The notes under the pieces are model-generated. The model ran no database searches. It had not been told where the DNA came from and worked only from the letters and a program-made list of their open reading frames with translations. A stretch of 64,000 bases of DNA from a virus (taxonomy: Duplodnaviria; Caudoviricetes): the IMG/VR virus record IMGVR_UViG_3300047160_036266, positions 128,001 to 192,000 of that record; one strand, written 5' to 3'. The position numbers were made by a program, and so were the translations under genes. Shown here in pieces: positions 26,198 through 36,147 of the stretch. Within the stretch, counting starts at the first letter, position 1. Every line of letters begins with the position of its first letter.

Positions 26198-27826
26198 TCA
26201 AACGCTGGCGGGCTGGCCGGAGCCGGACGGTGTGAACAGCTTGTTCGCCAGGCCGGCGTCCTTGATCTTCTCCAGCAGGTGGCGCATCCGTCCGCCGTGC
26301 GTGCCGACAATATCGACCCAGCCCTTGCCCGTCCCTTGGGCCACCTGGGCGATGCAGTGGTTGACCATGTTGATGAGCAGCTTGAGCGACACGCTGCCCA
26401 CGGTGCTGGTCCAGCAGCGGCCCACGATCAGGTCGAACAACTCCAGGGTCGCCAGGGCGTCGTCGGGCATCATGACCTTGGGGATGTTGGTCATGATCTG
26501 GTTGTACAGCTTCATGCGCTGCTGGGTCGTGTCCATCTGCTCGCGCTTCATCTGCGCGACCTGCTGCGCCCACGCCACGTTTGACGCCGGCTTCTCATTG
26601 TAGTGCGCCGGGGCCGGCTGGGACGCGCCCGCCCCCACGAAGCTGGAGGCCATGACCTGATTCTCGGTCAGGGCCTTGCGGATGCGCTTGACCAGCTTCT
26701 TGTTCTGGTTCGCGTTGAGAATGTCCTTCATCACCGCCTGGAAGTGCGGGTACTGACCGCCACGGGCGCAGATGAAGCGGCAGGCCCGGTCGTTGCTGCT
26801 CATCAGCACCGACAGCTTTTCCTTGTTCAGCAGCGGCAGGAAGAACTCCATCAGCGTCTCGCTATCGGTGATATAGCGGATGGCGCTGTTGTAGTTGTTC
26901 TCGTTGCTGAGGAACAACCGGGCCGCAGTGGTGTCCTTGGCCTTGTAGAATTCCTCCACCTTGTCGCTGGCCGGGCCGACGTTGAGAACCTGGCCCAGCT
27001 TCGTGACGTTGCTGCTGACGGGCAGCACGTCCCGAATATCGCCCTTCACTTCCCAGAGGTTCAGAGCGTACTCCAGCCGGCGGGGGCTGACCTTGTTCTG
27101 CTCCTCTTCGGACAACTCATCCCACCAGGAGATCGCCGCCTTGGCAACGCGATCCCCGAAGCGCTGGATGAACCACGTCGCGCTCGGCTTGTACGGGACC
27201 GTGACCGTGATATGGAAGCGGTCGGCCTGGGCGGGGTCGATCTTCTCCACGTCGTACTCGCTCTCCTCGTCCTCCGGGTTGATAGCCGCCCACACCACCT
27301 TGAGGTTGGGGAACGGTTTGCCGTTGATGGACTTGAATTGCAAGCACTCCATCACGGCATTACGGACCTTCTTCGGGCTGCGGTTGAATTCATCGAAGAA
27401 TAGCGCCTCGACCTTCGCCTGCGCGAACGCCTTCGGGCGGACCAGATCGAGATAGGTCAGGCCGTCCTGGCGGTCCAGGGCGTGGGAGACGACCTTCTTG
27501 CAGGCATCGCTGCCCAGGTGCCAGTTCTTCTCCACCCACTCGTAGGCCATCTCCAGGTCGATGGCAGCCAGTTCCTTGATGATGGAGAACGCCTCCGGCA
27601 CCTTGTCAGTGATGCGCTCCTTCGGAACGCCCACAAGGTCCACCCACGGGTCCAGCGTGGACGCCGAGAAGTACAGGAAGGTTTCACCCAGCACCAGATC
27701 GTGCCGCTCGAAGCACGACTTTATCATGGCCGTCTTGCCGACGCCGTGCTTGCCGACGAACAGCACGTTCTGCTCATGCTCCAGCCAGAAGTCCAGTTTC
27801 TCATCCCGAACAGTGGTCGCGCTCAT
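26198..27826 (-). CDS. MoxR-family AAA+ ATPase
   Basis: GKHGVGKT, FFDEFNR, AAINP, QADRF, SPRR. Confidence 0.88.
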   Translation of the reverse strand: MSATTVRDEKLDFWLEHEQNVLFVGKHGVGKTAMIKSCFERHDLVLGETFLYFSASTLDPWVDLVGVPKERITDKVPEAFSIIKELAAIDLEMAYEWVEKNWHLGSDACKKVVSHALDRQDGLTYLDLVRPKAFAQAKVEALFFDEFNRSPKKVRNAVMECLQFKSINGKPFPNLKVVWAAINPEDEESEYDVEKIDPAQADRFHITVTVPYKPSATWFIQRFGDRVAKAAISWWDELSEEEQNKVSPRRLEYALNLWEVKGDIRDVLPVSSNVTKLGQVLNVGPASDKVEEFYKAKDTTAARLFLSNENNYNSAIRYITDSETLMEFFLPLLNKEKLSVLMSSNDRACRFICARGGQYPHFQAVMKDILNANQNKKLVKRIRKALTENQVMASSFVGAGASQPAPAHYNEKPASNVAWAQQVAQMKREQMDTTQQRMKLYNQIMTNIPKVMMPDDALATLELFDLIVGRCWTSTVGSVSLKLLINMVNHCIAQVAQGTGKGWVDIVGTHGGRMRHLLEKIKDAGLANKLFTPSGSGQPASV

Positions 27827-27992
27827 GGGGGCCGTCTCCTTCAGTTTGGTGTCTCGTTGCCGCCTCTGCCCCTACTGGTACACGTTACGCCCTAGCGGTC
27901 AGAATTTTTCGGGGCTGCGTTCCTTTTTTCTCATCGGCACGCCGGAAGCAGATATTCAACATTACGGCGGATTGTACCAGTTGTAAACCTCG

Positions 27993-28030
27993 AAAACAAG
28001 AAAACCCCGGCGAACCGGGGATTCTTGTTT
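27993..28030 (-). terminator. Intrinsic terminator
   Basis: CCCCGG-TTCG-CCGGGG followed by TTTTCTTGTTTT. Confidence 0.6.
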
Positions 28031-28049
28031 TCCAGGGCGGGGAGGGCGC

Positions 28050-29291
28050 TCACGGCTGGCCCTCTTGCTGCTGCGGCTGAGGCTGCTGTCCGGCCCCGGA
28101 GGGAGCGCCCGGCGGCACTTCCCAGCCCGGCAACCAGGGGAAGATGTCGTCGTCCTGCTCGTAGAGCTTGGCGACGGTGCGATCCTCCATCAGCGCCGTG
28201 ATCGCCGCCAGCGTCTTCTTGTAGGTCACGAGCGGGTTCTGGGAACGGGTGGCCTTGGCCCGCTGCAAGAAGATGTAGAGGGCCTTGGCCGGGTCGCCGT
28301 CGCCGGAGAACTGTAACTGCTTGAAGCGCTTGCAGAACGGCTTCAGCTTGTCCTCCCCGTACCAGATGACGGCCTTGGCTACCGCCGCCTGCACGTCCGC
28401 TCGCGTGTTGGGCAGGAACTCCCCGATCCAGTCGGAGACGTGCTGCCACTTGATGGAGAACTCCACGATCTCCGAGTCGGAGAAGCGGGCGCGATTGGCC
28501 GTGCCACGCATCAGGGCCTTGAGGAAGCCGCTGGTGCGGTTGCCCAGGCTGGGGTCCACCACCATCTGGATGCGCTCGGCGGTCGGGCGCTTCTTGCCGG
28601 AGTCGGCCACGAACTTGGCCTCGTCCAGCACGTTGAAGACGATCCACAGCGGCCAGCCCTTGTTGGCTTCCACGATGGCCAGGCCCCGGTGCTGGCCGTC
28701 GAACATATTGCCGCTCAGGTTGATGCCGATGCCCTCGTGGGACGGCACCCAGCGGTCGTGTTCCACGTCCCGCTTATAAGCCGCCACGGTCTGGGCGCTG
28801 ATATTCCGGTTGTCCGGGTTGTAGCGGAGCAGTTCTTCGGCCATGTCCGGGGTGACGAACACGAACTCGCCGTACTGCGTCCGCTTCTTCGGGTACTGGA
28901 ACCAGGGCTTCTTCAGGTCGTCTTCCAGGGCCTTCGACTCGTAATACTCCTTGTTGGCGAGGGCTTCCTCCCAGATCAGGTCTTTCTGCTGGCGCGACTG
29001 AATGACCTCCGGGATGTCGCCCAGGTCGGGGATTTGGACCGGCTCCAGAACCGCCGGTCCAGCGGCCCCGCCGTCCCGTACCGCCCCAGGAATGGAATGC
29101 TCGCTGTCTGCGGGGGCTTCCTCCGTGGCACCCAAACCCTGACGGATTCGGTGCAACTTCAGGAGGTACATATCGTGGTAGCTGGACCGCCCACCGCCGC
29201 CGCCCTGGCGGGCCGCAAGTCCTTGCAGGCCAGTGCCTTTGGGCTGCGGGCCTCGCGCCGCATCTCGTTTTTCTTTCCGCTTGTTGCTCAC
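28050..29291 (-). CDS. ParB-like DGQHR-motif protein
   Basis: VTPDMAEELL, NRN, FDGQHR; GTG start with GGAGG RBS. Confidence 0.75.
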   Translation of the reverse strand: MSNKRKEKRDAARGPQPKGTGLQGLAARQGGGGGRSSYHDMYLLKLHRIRQGLGATEEAPADSEHSIPGAVRDGGAAGPAVLEPVQIPDLGDIPEVIQSRQQKDLIWEEALANKEYYESKALEDDLKKPWFQYPKKRTQYGEFVFVTPDMAEELLRYNPDNRNISAQTVAAYKRDVEHDRWVPSHEGIGINLSGNMFDGQHRGLAIVEANKGWPLWIVFNVLDEAKFVADSGKKRPTAERIQMVVDPSLGNRTSGFLKALMRGTANRARFSDSEIVEFSIKWQHVSDWIGEFLPNTRADVQAAVAKAVIWYGEDKLKPFCKRFKQLQFSGDGDPAKALYIFLQRAKATRSQNPLVTYKKTLAAITALMEDRTVAKLYEQDDDIFPWLPGWEVPPGAPSGAGQQPQPQQQEGQP

Positions 29292-29515
29292 GTCTGAACG
29301 CCTCCAGAAAGTGCCTCGAAGCAAAGCCCTCTATCTCACTATACGCGAAAGCGGGTTTGCGTAAAGGCTTCCTTCGAGAAAATCTGCCAGAAAACCCGCT
29401 TCCAGCACACGCATGTTTTACCACAGATCGGGCCGGTTGTAAACCTGAATTATTTGTTCACTTCTGAACGCCTGTTCCAAATGGCACGGCCTCTGCAAAG
29501 GGGTACGAAACGTGG

Positions 29516-29544
29516 TTGACAACTTTTCCTGTTCGGAGTACACT
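29516..29544 (+). promoter_or_regulatory. sigma70-like promoter
   Basis: TTGACA-N17-TACACT. Confidence 0.65.
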
Positions 29545-29557
29545 GGAATGAGGATTT

Positions 29558-30361
29558 TTGTCTTTCCTGTGCATCGAGGGCTGTGCCGTGGGAGTCGAGA
29601 CGACGATTTCGTGGACCGATCACACCTTCAATATTGTATGGGGGTGCGAGAAGGTTTCTCCGGCTTGCGACAACTGCTATGCTGAAGTCTTCGCTCACCG
29701 CATGGGCCTGGACATCTGGGACGACCAGCGGCCCCAAAGCGCCACCAAGGGGAAGACGCAGACGCCCCGGCGGGTTTTCGGTGTCAAGCACTGGAACGAG
29801 CCGCTGAAGTGGCACCGCAAGGCCATCAAGGAAAAGAAGCGCCATCGCGTCTTCTGCGGGTCGATGTGCGACATCTTCGAGAACCACCCCCAGGTCATTG
29901 GGGAGTTGGCGAAGCTCTGGCCGCTCATCAGGGCCACCCCGATGCTGGACTGGCAGCTTTTGACCAAGAGGCCCCACCGTATCAAGCAAAGCCTGCCGCC
30001 CGATTGGGGTCCGACCGGCTACGAAAATGTGTGGCTGGGCACCACCATTGAGAGCAACGAGTATGCGCATCGCGCCAAGCGCCTGATCGAGAACCCCGCC
30101 CCGGTTCACTTCATCAGCTACGAGCCGGCGCTGGGTCCGCTGGATACGCTGGACCTGACCGACATCGAGTGGGTGATTTACGGCGGCGAAAGCGGCGCTC
30201 ACCGCCGTCCCGAAGACCTTCAGTGGGCCAGGGACATGGAAAAGCGCTGCACCCAGGCGGGCGTGGCCTTTTGGTTCAAGCAGTCGTCCGGCCTCAAATC
30301 GGGAACGAACCCGACCCTGGATGGCGTTCAACATCACCGCTTTCCCCTGGCCCTGGTGTGA
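29558..30361 (+). CDS. Gp37/Gp68 (DUF5131) family protein
   Basis: TISWTDHTFN..GC..VS..CDNCYAE, VFCGSMCD, LTKRP, FISYEP, WVIYGGESG, FWFKQ. Confidence 0.9.
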   Translation: MSFLCIEGCAVGVETTISWTDHTFNIVWGCEKVSPACDNCYAEVFAHRMGLDIWDDQRPQSATKGKTQTPRRVFGVKHWNEPLKWHRKAIKEKKRHRVFCGSMCDIFENHPQVIGELAKLWPLIRATPMLDWQLLTKRPHRIKQSLPPDWGPTGYENVWLGTTIESNEYAHRAKRLIENPAPVHFISYEPALGPLDTLDLTDIEWVIYGGESGAHRRPEDLQWARDMEKRCTQAGVAFWFKQSSGLKSGTNPTLDGVQHHRFPLALV

Positions 30362-30708
30362 AAAAGAAACTGACCCCGCTGGAAATACCCGGCGACATCA
30401 ACTTGTATGATGAATTGGTGGCGATGGCCGGGAAGAACCCGGATGTCGCCGCCCTGGTGGATTGTCTGCACCGTACCATGCAGCATTTTGAGATTCCACG
30501 CGAGCGCTGGCGTGAGGTCGGCAACGTGGTGCAGCGATTCTCCATGTTACTGTGTCTTCAGGACGAGCAGGTGAGCGTTGATACCGATGACCCTGGCGTT
30601 CATGCGCTCATCGACCTGACGGAGCATTATAACAAACTGGCCGGGAAGGAACTAGAGGGGAAGGAGGTTGACCCCTTCCCCTCCTGGCCTCGGCGCTTTT
30701 CAAAATAA
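30358..30708 (+). CDS. Hypothetical protein
   Basis: GTGA coupling to upstream gene. Confidence 0.5.
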   Translation: MKKKLTPLEIPGDINLYDELVAMAGKNPDVAALVDCLHRTMQHFEIPRERWREVGNVVQRFSMLLCLQDEQVSVDTDDPGVHALIDLTEHYNKLAGKELEGKEVDPFPSWPRRFSK

Positions 30709-30742
30709 GAGCGTGGCCCATATATACTCTCAGGGAGGATAT

Positions 30743-30997
30743 ATGGCCAAAACACCCACAAATACGTTCTATGTCAGGGTCAGCAGCGTAGTCGCCTCAA
30801 GCGGCTACCTCATTGTTACCGGCGACAAGCCGTGGGTCAGCCACCAGGGCAACCTGTCCTTTGGCAACGACCCCACGCCGGTAGTCATTCCGGCCCATTA
30901 TTGGCAGGTGGTCTACGCCGTGGACCCAGCGACCAAGATGCCGATTAACGTCACCGTGCCCAGGGAGAAAGACCTGCCTGAGTGGTGCCGGCATTGA
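30743..30997 (+). CDS. Hypothetical protein
   Basis: GGAGG RBS, TATATA upstream. Confidence 0.55.
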   Translation: MAKTPTNTFYVRVSSVVASSGYLIVTGDKPWVSHQGNLSFGNDPTPVVIPAHYWQVVYAVDPATKMPINVTVPREKDLPEWCRH

Positions 30998-31720
30998 TTA
31001 TTCCTGCTGAAGTGCCTTGAAAGTCGCTATCAAGCGGTCGATACGCGCACCGACCTGGCCTAATATTCTGCGCAATTCCAGGGCCTCTTTCTCCAGCTTA
31101 CCTTTCGTGGTCACATATTTCAGGCCGGCGAGCTTCAGGTAGTTTGTAATTTCCAAATCCAACTGGTTGATCCGACCCTCGACCATCGCCTGGAGGGGCA
31201 AGGGCATTCCAGAGTCTTTCAACTGCTGCGGCACGAGTCCGGCCCGCCGCTTCCACTCCTCGCGTATGTTGGAAGTCACCCGCTTCCACCAGTCGTACTC
31301 AGGATGGCTGGGGAAGGGGCTGGGGAAGGGGTTGTCAATGATATATTCGTTGCTGGCGCAGTCCAAGAACGGCACCGGAGCGGTGGCCTTCTGCCGATCC
31401 TGCCACTCCCATTGCTCGTGTTTCTTCTTGTATGCCTCTCCAGCCGCCTTTTGCTGCTCAATGAAAGCTTCGTCTTTCTTCTCCTGCTGCCTGATCTTGG
31501 CGATCTCGGCCTGGAGGTTGGGATTGTTTTTCAGATCGAAGGTTTCGTTTTGGGCGATCAGCCGAATGTCAATCATGTCGGCGTCGGGCGTCTGGTTCAG
31601 CCACATTTTTTCAAAATTGCCGTCTGGGTATTCGAGATGATATTTCAACCCGGTGGCGTCCTCCCGGCCCAGAAAACTGTGGGCGTAAGCGGGATGTGCG
31701 GTCCTGTTCGACTCATCCAT
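30998..31720 (-). CDS. Hypothetical protein
   Basis: 240-aa ORF with AGGAG RBS. Confidence 0.65.
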   Translation of the reverse strand: MDESNRTAHPAYAHSFLGREDATGLKYHLEYPDGNFEKMWLNQTPDADMIDIRLIAQNETFDLKNNPNLQAEIAKIRQQEKKDEAFIEQQKAAGEAYKKKHEQWEWQDRQKATAPVPFLDCASNEYIIDNPFPSPFPSHPEYDWWKRVTSNIREEWKRRAGLVPQQLKDSGMPLPLQAMVEGRINQLDLEITNYLKLAGLKYVTTKGKLEKEALELRRILGQVGARIDRLIATFKALQQE

Positions 31721-31801
31721 TTATATGCTCCTTTTCTCATTATAAAGTAGTACCTTTCACCCGTAAGCAGTCGGGTACTTTATCTAGGCAGGAGCGTTAT
31801 T

Positions 31802-31841
31802 AAAAACAAACCCCCGGCGAGGATTTGCCTCGTCGGGGGTC
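31802..31841 (-). terminator. Intrinsic terminator
   Basis: CCCCCGACGAGG-CAAAT-CCTCGCCGGGGG followed by a T-rich run. Confidence 0.55.
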
Positions 31842-31865
31842 AACCACTACTACCTTCTGTAGTGA

Positions 31866-32831
31866 TTAGAACTTGTGGCCGCACTTGCCGCAGAAGTGGT
31901 CGGCCTTGCGAGCCTTCCGCTGGCCGCAGTTGGTGCAGTAAGCCTCTTCCTTGGGCTTGATGCTGGTGACACCCAGCTTGTCGCTGGCTTCCGGCTTGAA
32001 GCCCCGCAGCACCAGCTTCATGACCAGGAAATCCTCTTCGGCGTCGAAGTCTTCCAGCCGGAAGCGCTGGCCGGTTAAGCCCCCATCCACCGTGCAGCCC
32101 TCTTCGAGCTTTCGGTCGGGCGGGGCCGGGGCCACGGTCGGCTCGGCCACCGGGAGGCGTTCCAGCAGGGTTTCCATGCTCCCGACCGGGGGAGCCTCGG
32201 CGCTCAGGCTGCACTTCATCTGGCTGCCCAGGCCGCCGCAGTTGAGATGTTGCGGGCCGGCGGTGCTACAGTAGGTTGTGCCGCCGTCATGGAGCGTGTT
32301 GTCGGTGTAAGTGCCGCCGACCCACTGAGGCTGGTACGGATTGACGTACTTCCAGGGGGCCGGGCTGGGCGTAGGCACCGGCACAGGGTACGGATAGGGC
32401 AGGGGAAGCGGCTGGGGCTGCTTGATCTTGCGGCTGCGTCGTGGCTGCTTGGGCAGGGGGAACTTGAGTCCTGGCTGCTCTTTCTCCAGGTAGAAGCGGG
32501 CCTCGATGACGCCCTTGCTGCCGTCCTGGTTGTCGTTCTTGCCCGTGATCTCAGCCTCATCGGAGGTAAGTTCCACGAACTTCAGAGCCGCATCCACGTC
32601 CACGCGACGGAAGATGTCCAGGTTGGCGTCCTGTTCGATGATGAAGCCGCCGCCGGAAATGTTCTCGTTGTCCACGAACAACTTGACTAACGCACGCCGG
32701 TTTTTGTGGCGGTTGCGGCAGCGGATGCCGTATTCGCTGCCGAAGGGGATCGCCACCACGCCGTCAGTGCGTTCGGGGGCGATGTTGCCGTTGAGCAAAA
32801 CGCTCAACACGAAACGACTTGAGTAAACCAT
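31866..32831 (-). CDS. Conserved hypothetical protein with C-terminal zinc ribbon
   Basis: PFGSEYGI N-domain; CTNCG...FCGKCG; AAGGAG RBS; TTTACA-N17-TACTAT promoter. Confidence 0.75.
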   Translation of the reverse strand: MVYSSRFVLSVLLNGNIAPERTDGVVAIPFGSEYGIRCRNRHKNRRALVKLFVDNENISGGGFIIEQDANLDIFRRVDVDAALKFVELTSDEAEITGKNDNQDGSKGVIEARFYLEKEQPGLKFPLPKQPRRSRKIKQPQPLPLPYPYPVPVPTPSPAPWKYVNPYQPQWVGGTYTDNTLHDGGTTYCSTAGPQHLNCGGLGSQMKCSLSAEAPPVGSMETLLERLPVAEPTVAPAPPDRKLEEGCTVDGGLTGQRFRLEDFDAEEDFLVMKLVLRGFKPEASDKLGVTSIKPKEEAYCTNCGQRKARKADHFCGKCGHKF

Positions 32832-32951
32832 CGTCAACTCCTTCTGTTGAAAACGCCCTAGTCCGCAATCGGGCAAAGGTTCACGGGTGGAGTCAACACC
32901 CGCACGGACAATGTGTATAGTAGTGGGGAAGCGGCAAATTGTAAAGTAAAA

Positions 32952-33449
32952 TCACCGTTTTCTGCCAACGATCACAAAGCTGTAGGGGTGGTCGTCCCAC
33001 TCAAAGATCGGGTCTACATTCAGTTCGTGGAACACCCACTTCATATGGTCGAGACTCATTCCTGGGCACTTGTGGGATTGGTTATATTCTTGTCCAGTCT
33101 TGTCGCAGTGTTCCCGGTACTTCATCTCGTGCGGCAGGCAGAGGATTAGGTTGCCTCCTGGCTTTAATACTCGGAGCCATTCGCGCACGACCTTGCGCGT
33201 AAGTACAAAGTCCTCCAAGAGATGGGAACTATAGATGTAATCCAGCACATCGTCTTTGAACCAGTAAAGATTGGTGGCGTCACCATACAGGTGTTGCGGG
33301 CTACTCCCTACGCTGGTGTATTTGTTGGGCAGGTCCACGGCGATGGCGGTCGGGCAAATGGGATCACCGCCGAAGCCCAGGTCGAGGCCATTTGACTTCG
33401 GCGGTATGAAACGCATGACGAACTTTCGGACATCTGCGGTTTCGCTCAT
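32952..33449 (-). CDS. Class I SAM-dependent methyltransferase
   Basis: LDLGFGG, YSSHLLED, RVLKPGG. Confidence 0.85.
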   Translation of the reverse strand: MSETADVRKFVMRFIPPKSNGLDLGFGGDPICPTAIAVDLPNKYTSVGSSPQHLYGDATNLYWFKDDVLDYIYSSHLLEDFVLTRKVVREWLRVLKPGGNLILCLPHEMKYREHCDKTGQEYNQSHKCPGMSLDHMKWVFHELNVDPIFEWDDHPYSFVIVGRKR

Positions 33450-33455
33450 GTTGAA

Positions 33456-34028
33456 TTATAATGCCGGCTTTTGTGCTACGCACTGGAACTTCGCACTTTC
33501 CTCCACAGAAAGTCCGGCCTCCCGAATGGCCCGTTCGACTCCCGGACAATGACCCCACAGCCAATCATCGAAAATCAGATAACCTCCCGGCACCAGCCTG
33601 GGCCAGAAGAATTGAATGGCATCTCGCGTGGTGGTGTAGAGATCGCCGTCGATGTGAACGCAGCAATAGGAAGTATCCACCGCCGTGGATGGAAAATAAC
33701 CGACCCGAAAAATAACATTTTGACCTTGAAGGAGGTTCTGCACATCCTCTAGGCGGGCGGTGAAGTCGCCTTTGTGGTGGGTATGTTCGCCAACGTCATC
33801 GCTCGGCAGACCCTCAAACGTATCATATAAGTATAGGGGTTTTGAAGGGACGGCCAGAGCGAGGACCAAGGCGGAACCGCCTTTGTAGACACCCAATTCC
33901 GCCATATTCCCCTCCAGGTGGGCGGCAGCCCTGGAGAATCTAATGAGTCCGTGTCGTTTGGATTGGTCTATGACGGCGTGATGATCTGTCCTGGCAATGA
34001 TTTCGTGCGGTTCCATTATCTTACTCAT
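33456..34028 (-). CDS. TylF/MycF-family sugar O-methyltransferase
   Basis: AELGVYKGGS, YDTFEGLP, HIDGDLY, GGYLIFDD. Confidence 0.88.
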   Translation of the reverse strand: MSKIMEPHEIIARTDHHAVIDQSKRHGLIRFSRAAAHLEGNMAELGVYKGGSALVLALAVPSKPLYLYDTFEGLPSDDVGEHTHHKGDFTARLEDVQNLLQGQNVIFRVGYFPSTAVDTSYCCVHIDGDLYTTTRDAIQFFWPRLVPGGYLIFDDWLWGHCPGVERAIREAGLSVEESAKFQCVAQKPAL

Positions 34029-34695
34029 AAAGCCGCCTGATAGTCTTTGACTCGCCATGAGTTACCTTAAAAAACTGCCGTGTAGGTGCCGATGGCCGAA
34101 TGGAATTAGCACTTATTACACCGCCCGTATAACGTATCAGATTGCGCATACATTCCGCAGAAGGATGCCATGTGTAGATATACTGGTCCCATGCCGGATA
34201 ATTAAGGAATTCGGCCACACTTCCCGGAAGTGAATTGATAGCCGTCTCGACTAATAGGCAGTCCTTCGTCTTGGCCATGCAGTTTTGCATGGCCAACACG
34301 GGGTTCTCGACATGATAAATTACGCCGAAAAGGAGAATAAGATCAAACCTGCGCCCTTTTAACCCAGGGTGATCGTCTAGGTGCTGCACATCAGCTTGAT
34401 GCACTGCGTATTCCAGGCCAAATGCCTTTTTGGTGAACTCGGTCTGGCGAACGAACAAAGGTTCATTGTCGATGGCCGTTACGGAGGCACCCATTTTCGC
34501 CAGTTCAACCGCCATATAACCACCATTGCAGCCGATGTCCAGTACACTTTTGCCGTGGACATCCGGGAGCAATGGCAATGCCTCATCCCACAGTACCTTG
34601 GGATAATGGGAGCCTGGAACAGTTTCGAGGCCGTTGGGGAAGGTGATATTTTGAAACCACCGACCATTGGCCTCGATTTCCTGTTGTGTGACCAT
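34021..34695 (-). CDS. Class I SAM-dependent methyltransferase (CmoB/DUF1698-like pattern)
   Basis: VLDIGCNGG, FDLILLFGVIYHVENP. Confidence 0.82.
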   Translation of the reverse strand: MVTQQEIEANGRWFQNITFPNGLETVPGSHYPKVLWDEALPLLPDVHGKSVLDIGCNGGYMAVELAKMGASVTAIDNEPLFVRQTEFTKKAFGLEYAVHQADVQHLDDHPGLKGRRFDLILLFGVIYHVENPVLAMQNCMAKTKDCLLVETAINSLPGSVAEFLNYPAWDQYIYTWHPSAECMRNLIRYTGGVISANSIRPSAPTRQFFKVTHGESKTIRRLYE

Positions 34696-34702
34696 GCCCT
34701 AT

Positions 34703-35263
34703 TTAGTGTACGTTGTCGATTCTTTTCATCGACTCGTAGGACAGAGTGAGCTTGTGGGTCAGCACGTCCGACCTGGCGTAGTCATATTCCACGAGATGGT
34801 CGTTTGGCTCGACGCCCTTGAAGTACAACATATAGAGCTTCCGCCCACAGCCGTCGAGGGCGGTGAGGGTTAGTTCGTGGTCCTTGTTCTGCGAATCGGC
34901 CAGATAGAGGAGGTAGTCGTGGGTCGTGAAATCGGGGTGTTCGTAGAGTTCCAGGTGGATGGTTTCTTCGTAGTAATTGATCGCGCAACGCTTTATCATC
35001 CACTTCATGTCCGGGTGGCTCTTCGGCTCGACAAGAAACCGGAACGTCCGGGGTATCGTCACATTCACCTGGGCAAAAGGGTGGCCGGCGAACCCCATAC
35101 TCTGTCCGGTTTCCTGGGGCTTCTGGCAGGACTGGAGCATGGCCTCTTTCAGCTTCTCCACTTCCTTTTGGGAGATAAAAGCCCCGCCCTTGCTGGGCTT
35201 ATCTTCGGTCTGGCCAATGCGCTCCTTCAGCGCTTCGGCTTGGGCGAGCCAATGGTTTTTCAT
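34703..35263 (-). CDS. Tail-tube-like paralog
   Basis: LTALDGCG...YDYARSDVLTHKLTLSYE mirrors the two tube proteins. Confidence 0.55.
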   Translation of the reverse strand: MKNHWLAQAEALKERIGQTEDKPSKGGAFISQKEVEKLKEAMLQSCQKPQETGQSMGFAGHPFAQVNVTIPRTFRFLVEPKSHPDMKWMIKRCAINYYEETIHLELYEHPDFTTHDYLLYLADSQNKDHELTLTALDGCGRKLYMLYFKGVEPNDHLVEYDYARSDVLTHKLTLSYESMKRIDNVH

Positions 35264-35280
35264 GTTCCTCCTTTGAGGGA

Positions 35281-36024
35281 TTAGAAGATTTGAAGTTGCA
35301 TCTTGTCGGTGATGTATAAGCACTCCCCCAACGCCAACTCGAACCAGATGTTGTATATGCCGCAGTCCATGTCGGTTGTGTCGAGGAGATAGTAACCGTA
35401 CCGCTTCTCACGGTAATCTACGGGCTGGTTGTCCACAATCAGCCGCAGGTCTTGCTCGCATGGCAGGCAGTCGCCGCATCGCTGCTCGATGGATATGTTT
35501 AGATCGGAAACGATGGCGAGGTTTTCGTAATATCTTGCTAAGTCGGTGCCTCTCGGTACATTCGGTGTTATTTCGCAAATGAGGTAGCGCTTGCTACCCT
35601 GTCTGATTTTGTTGGGGCGAAAGGTGATGCGGAAGTCATAGACGACTGGAATGGGCGTCGTGTACCAAAGGTCAGGATAAACCTGGAAGGGATTGGTGAC
35701 GGTCGCCGGACAGTCTTCATTCTCAAACAGAAGGGTCCACACGTCCCGGTAGTACCCAATGCAGTATTTCGGTTCATCAAGGCTAAGAGTGACGAGGTAG
35801 CGGCCCACGTCCTCCTGGGTGATGTTGGTGATCGTTTCGACCAAGCGCCAGTCGTTGGGGCAGTCCTGAACACAGGCGAGGGGTTGGTAGGAATCTCTGA
35901 AGTAAATATCCACCTTCTCGATGCCCGTGACGTTGGCCAGGTTATTGGAGTTGTAAACGAACAGCCGCAGATTAAGCTGGTCGCCTCCAATGGGATTCTG
36001 GTATCGTTCTTTAGTTGCCGCCAT
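35281..36024 (-). CDS. Putative structural (baseplate-region) protein
   Basis: beta-rich 247-aa ORF next to the hub chaperone; TAAATA upstream. Confidence 0.55.
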   Translation of the reverse strand: MAATKERYQNPIGGDQLNLRLFVYNSNNLANVTGIEKVDIYFRDSYQPLACVQDCPNDWRLVETITNITQEDVGRYLVTLSLDEPKYCIGYYRDVWTLLFENEDCPATVTNPFQVYPDLWYTTPIPVVYDFRITFRPNKIRQGSKRYLICEITPNVPRGTDLARYYENLAIVSDLNISIEQRCGDCLPCEQDLRLIVDNQPVDYREKRYGYYLLDTTDMDCGIYNIWFELALGECLYITDKMQLQIF

Positions 36025-36147
36025 GCTTCTTCAAATCCTTTTTGGGCTTCAAGGTTGCCTCGATGATATTTATGATCTGCTCCTCGTATCTTTTGAGGCG
36101 TTCCTTGAGTTTCTTCTTCTGGTTGATTTGATCTAGCCAGTGATTTT

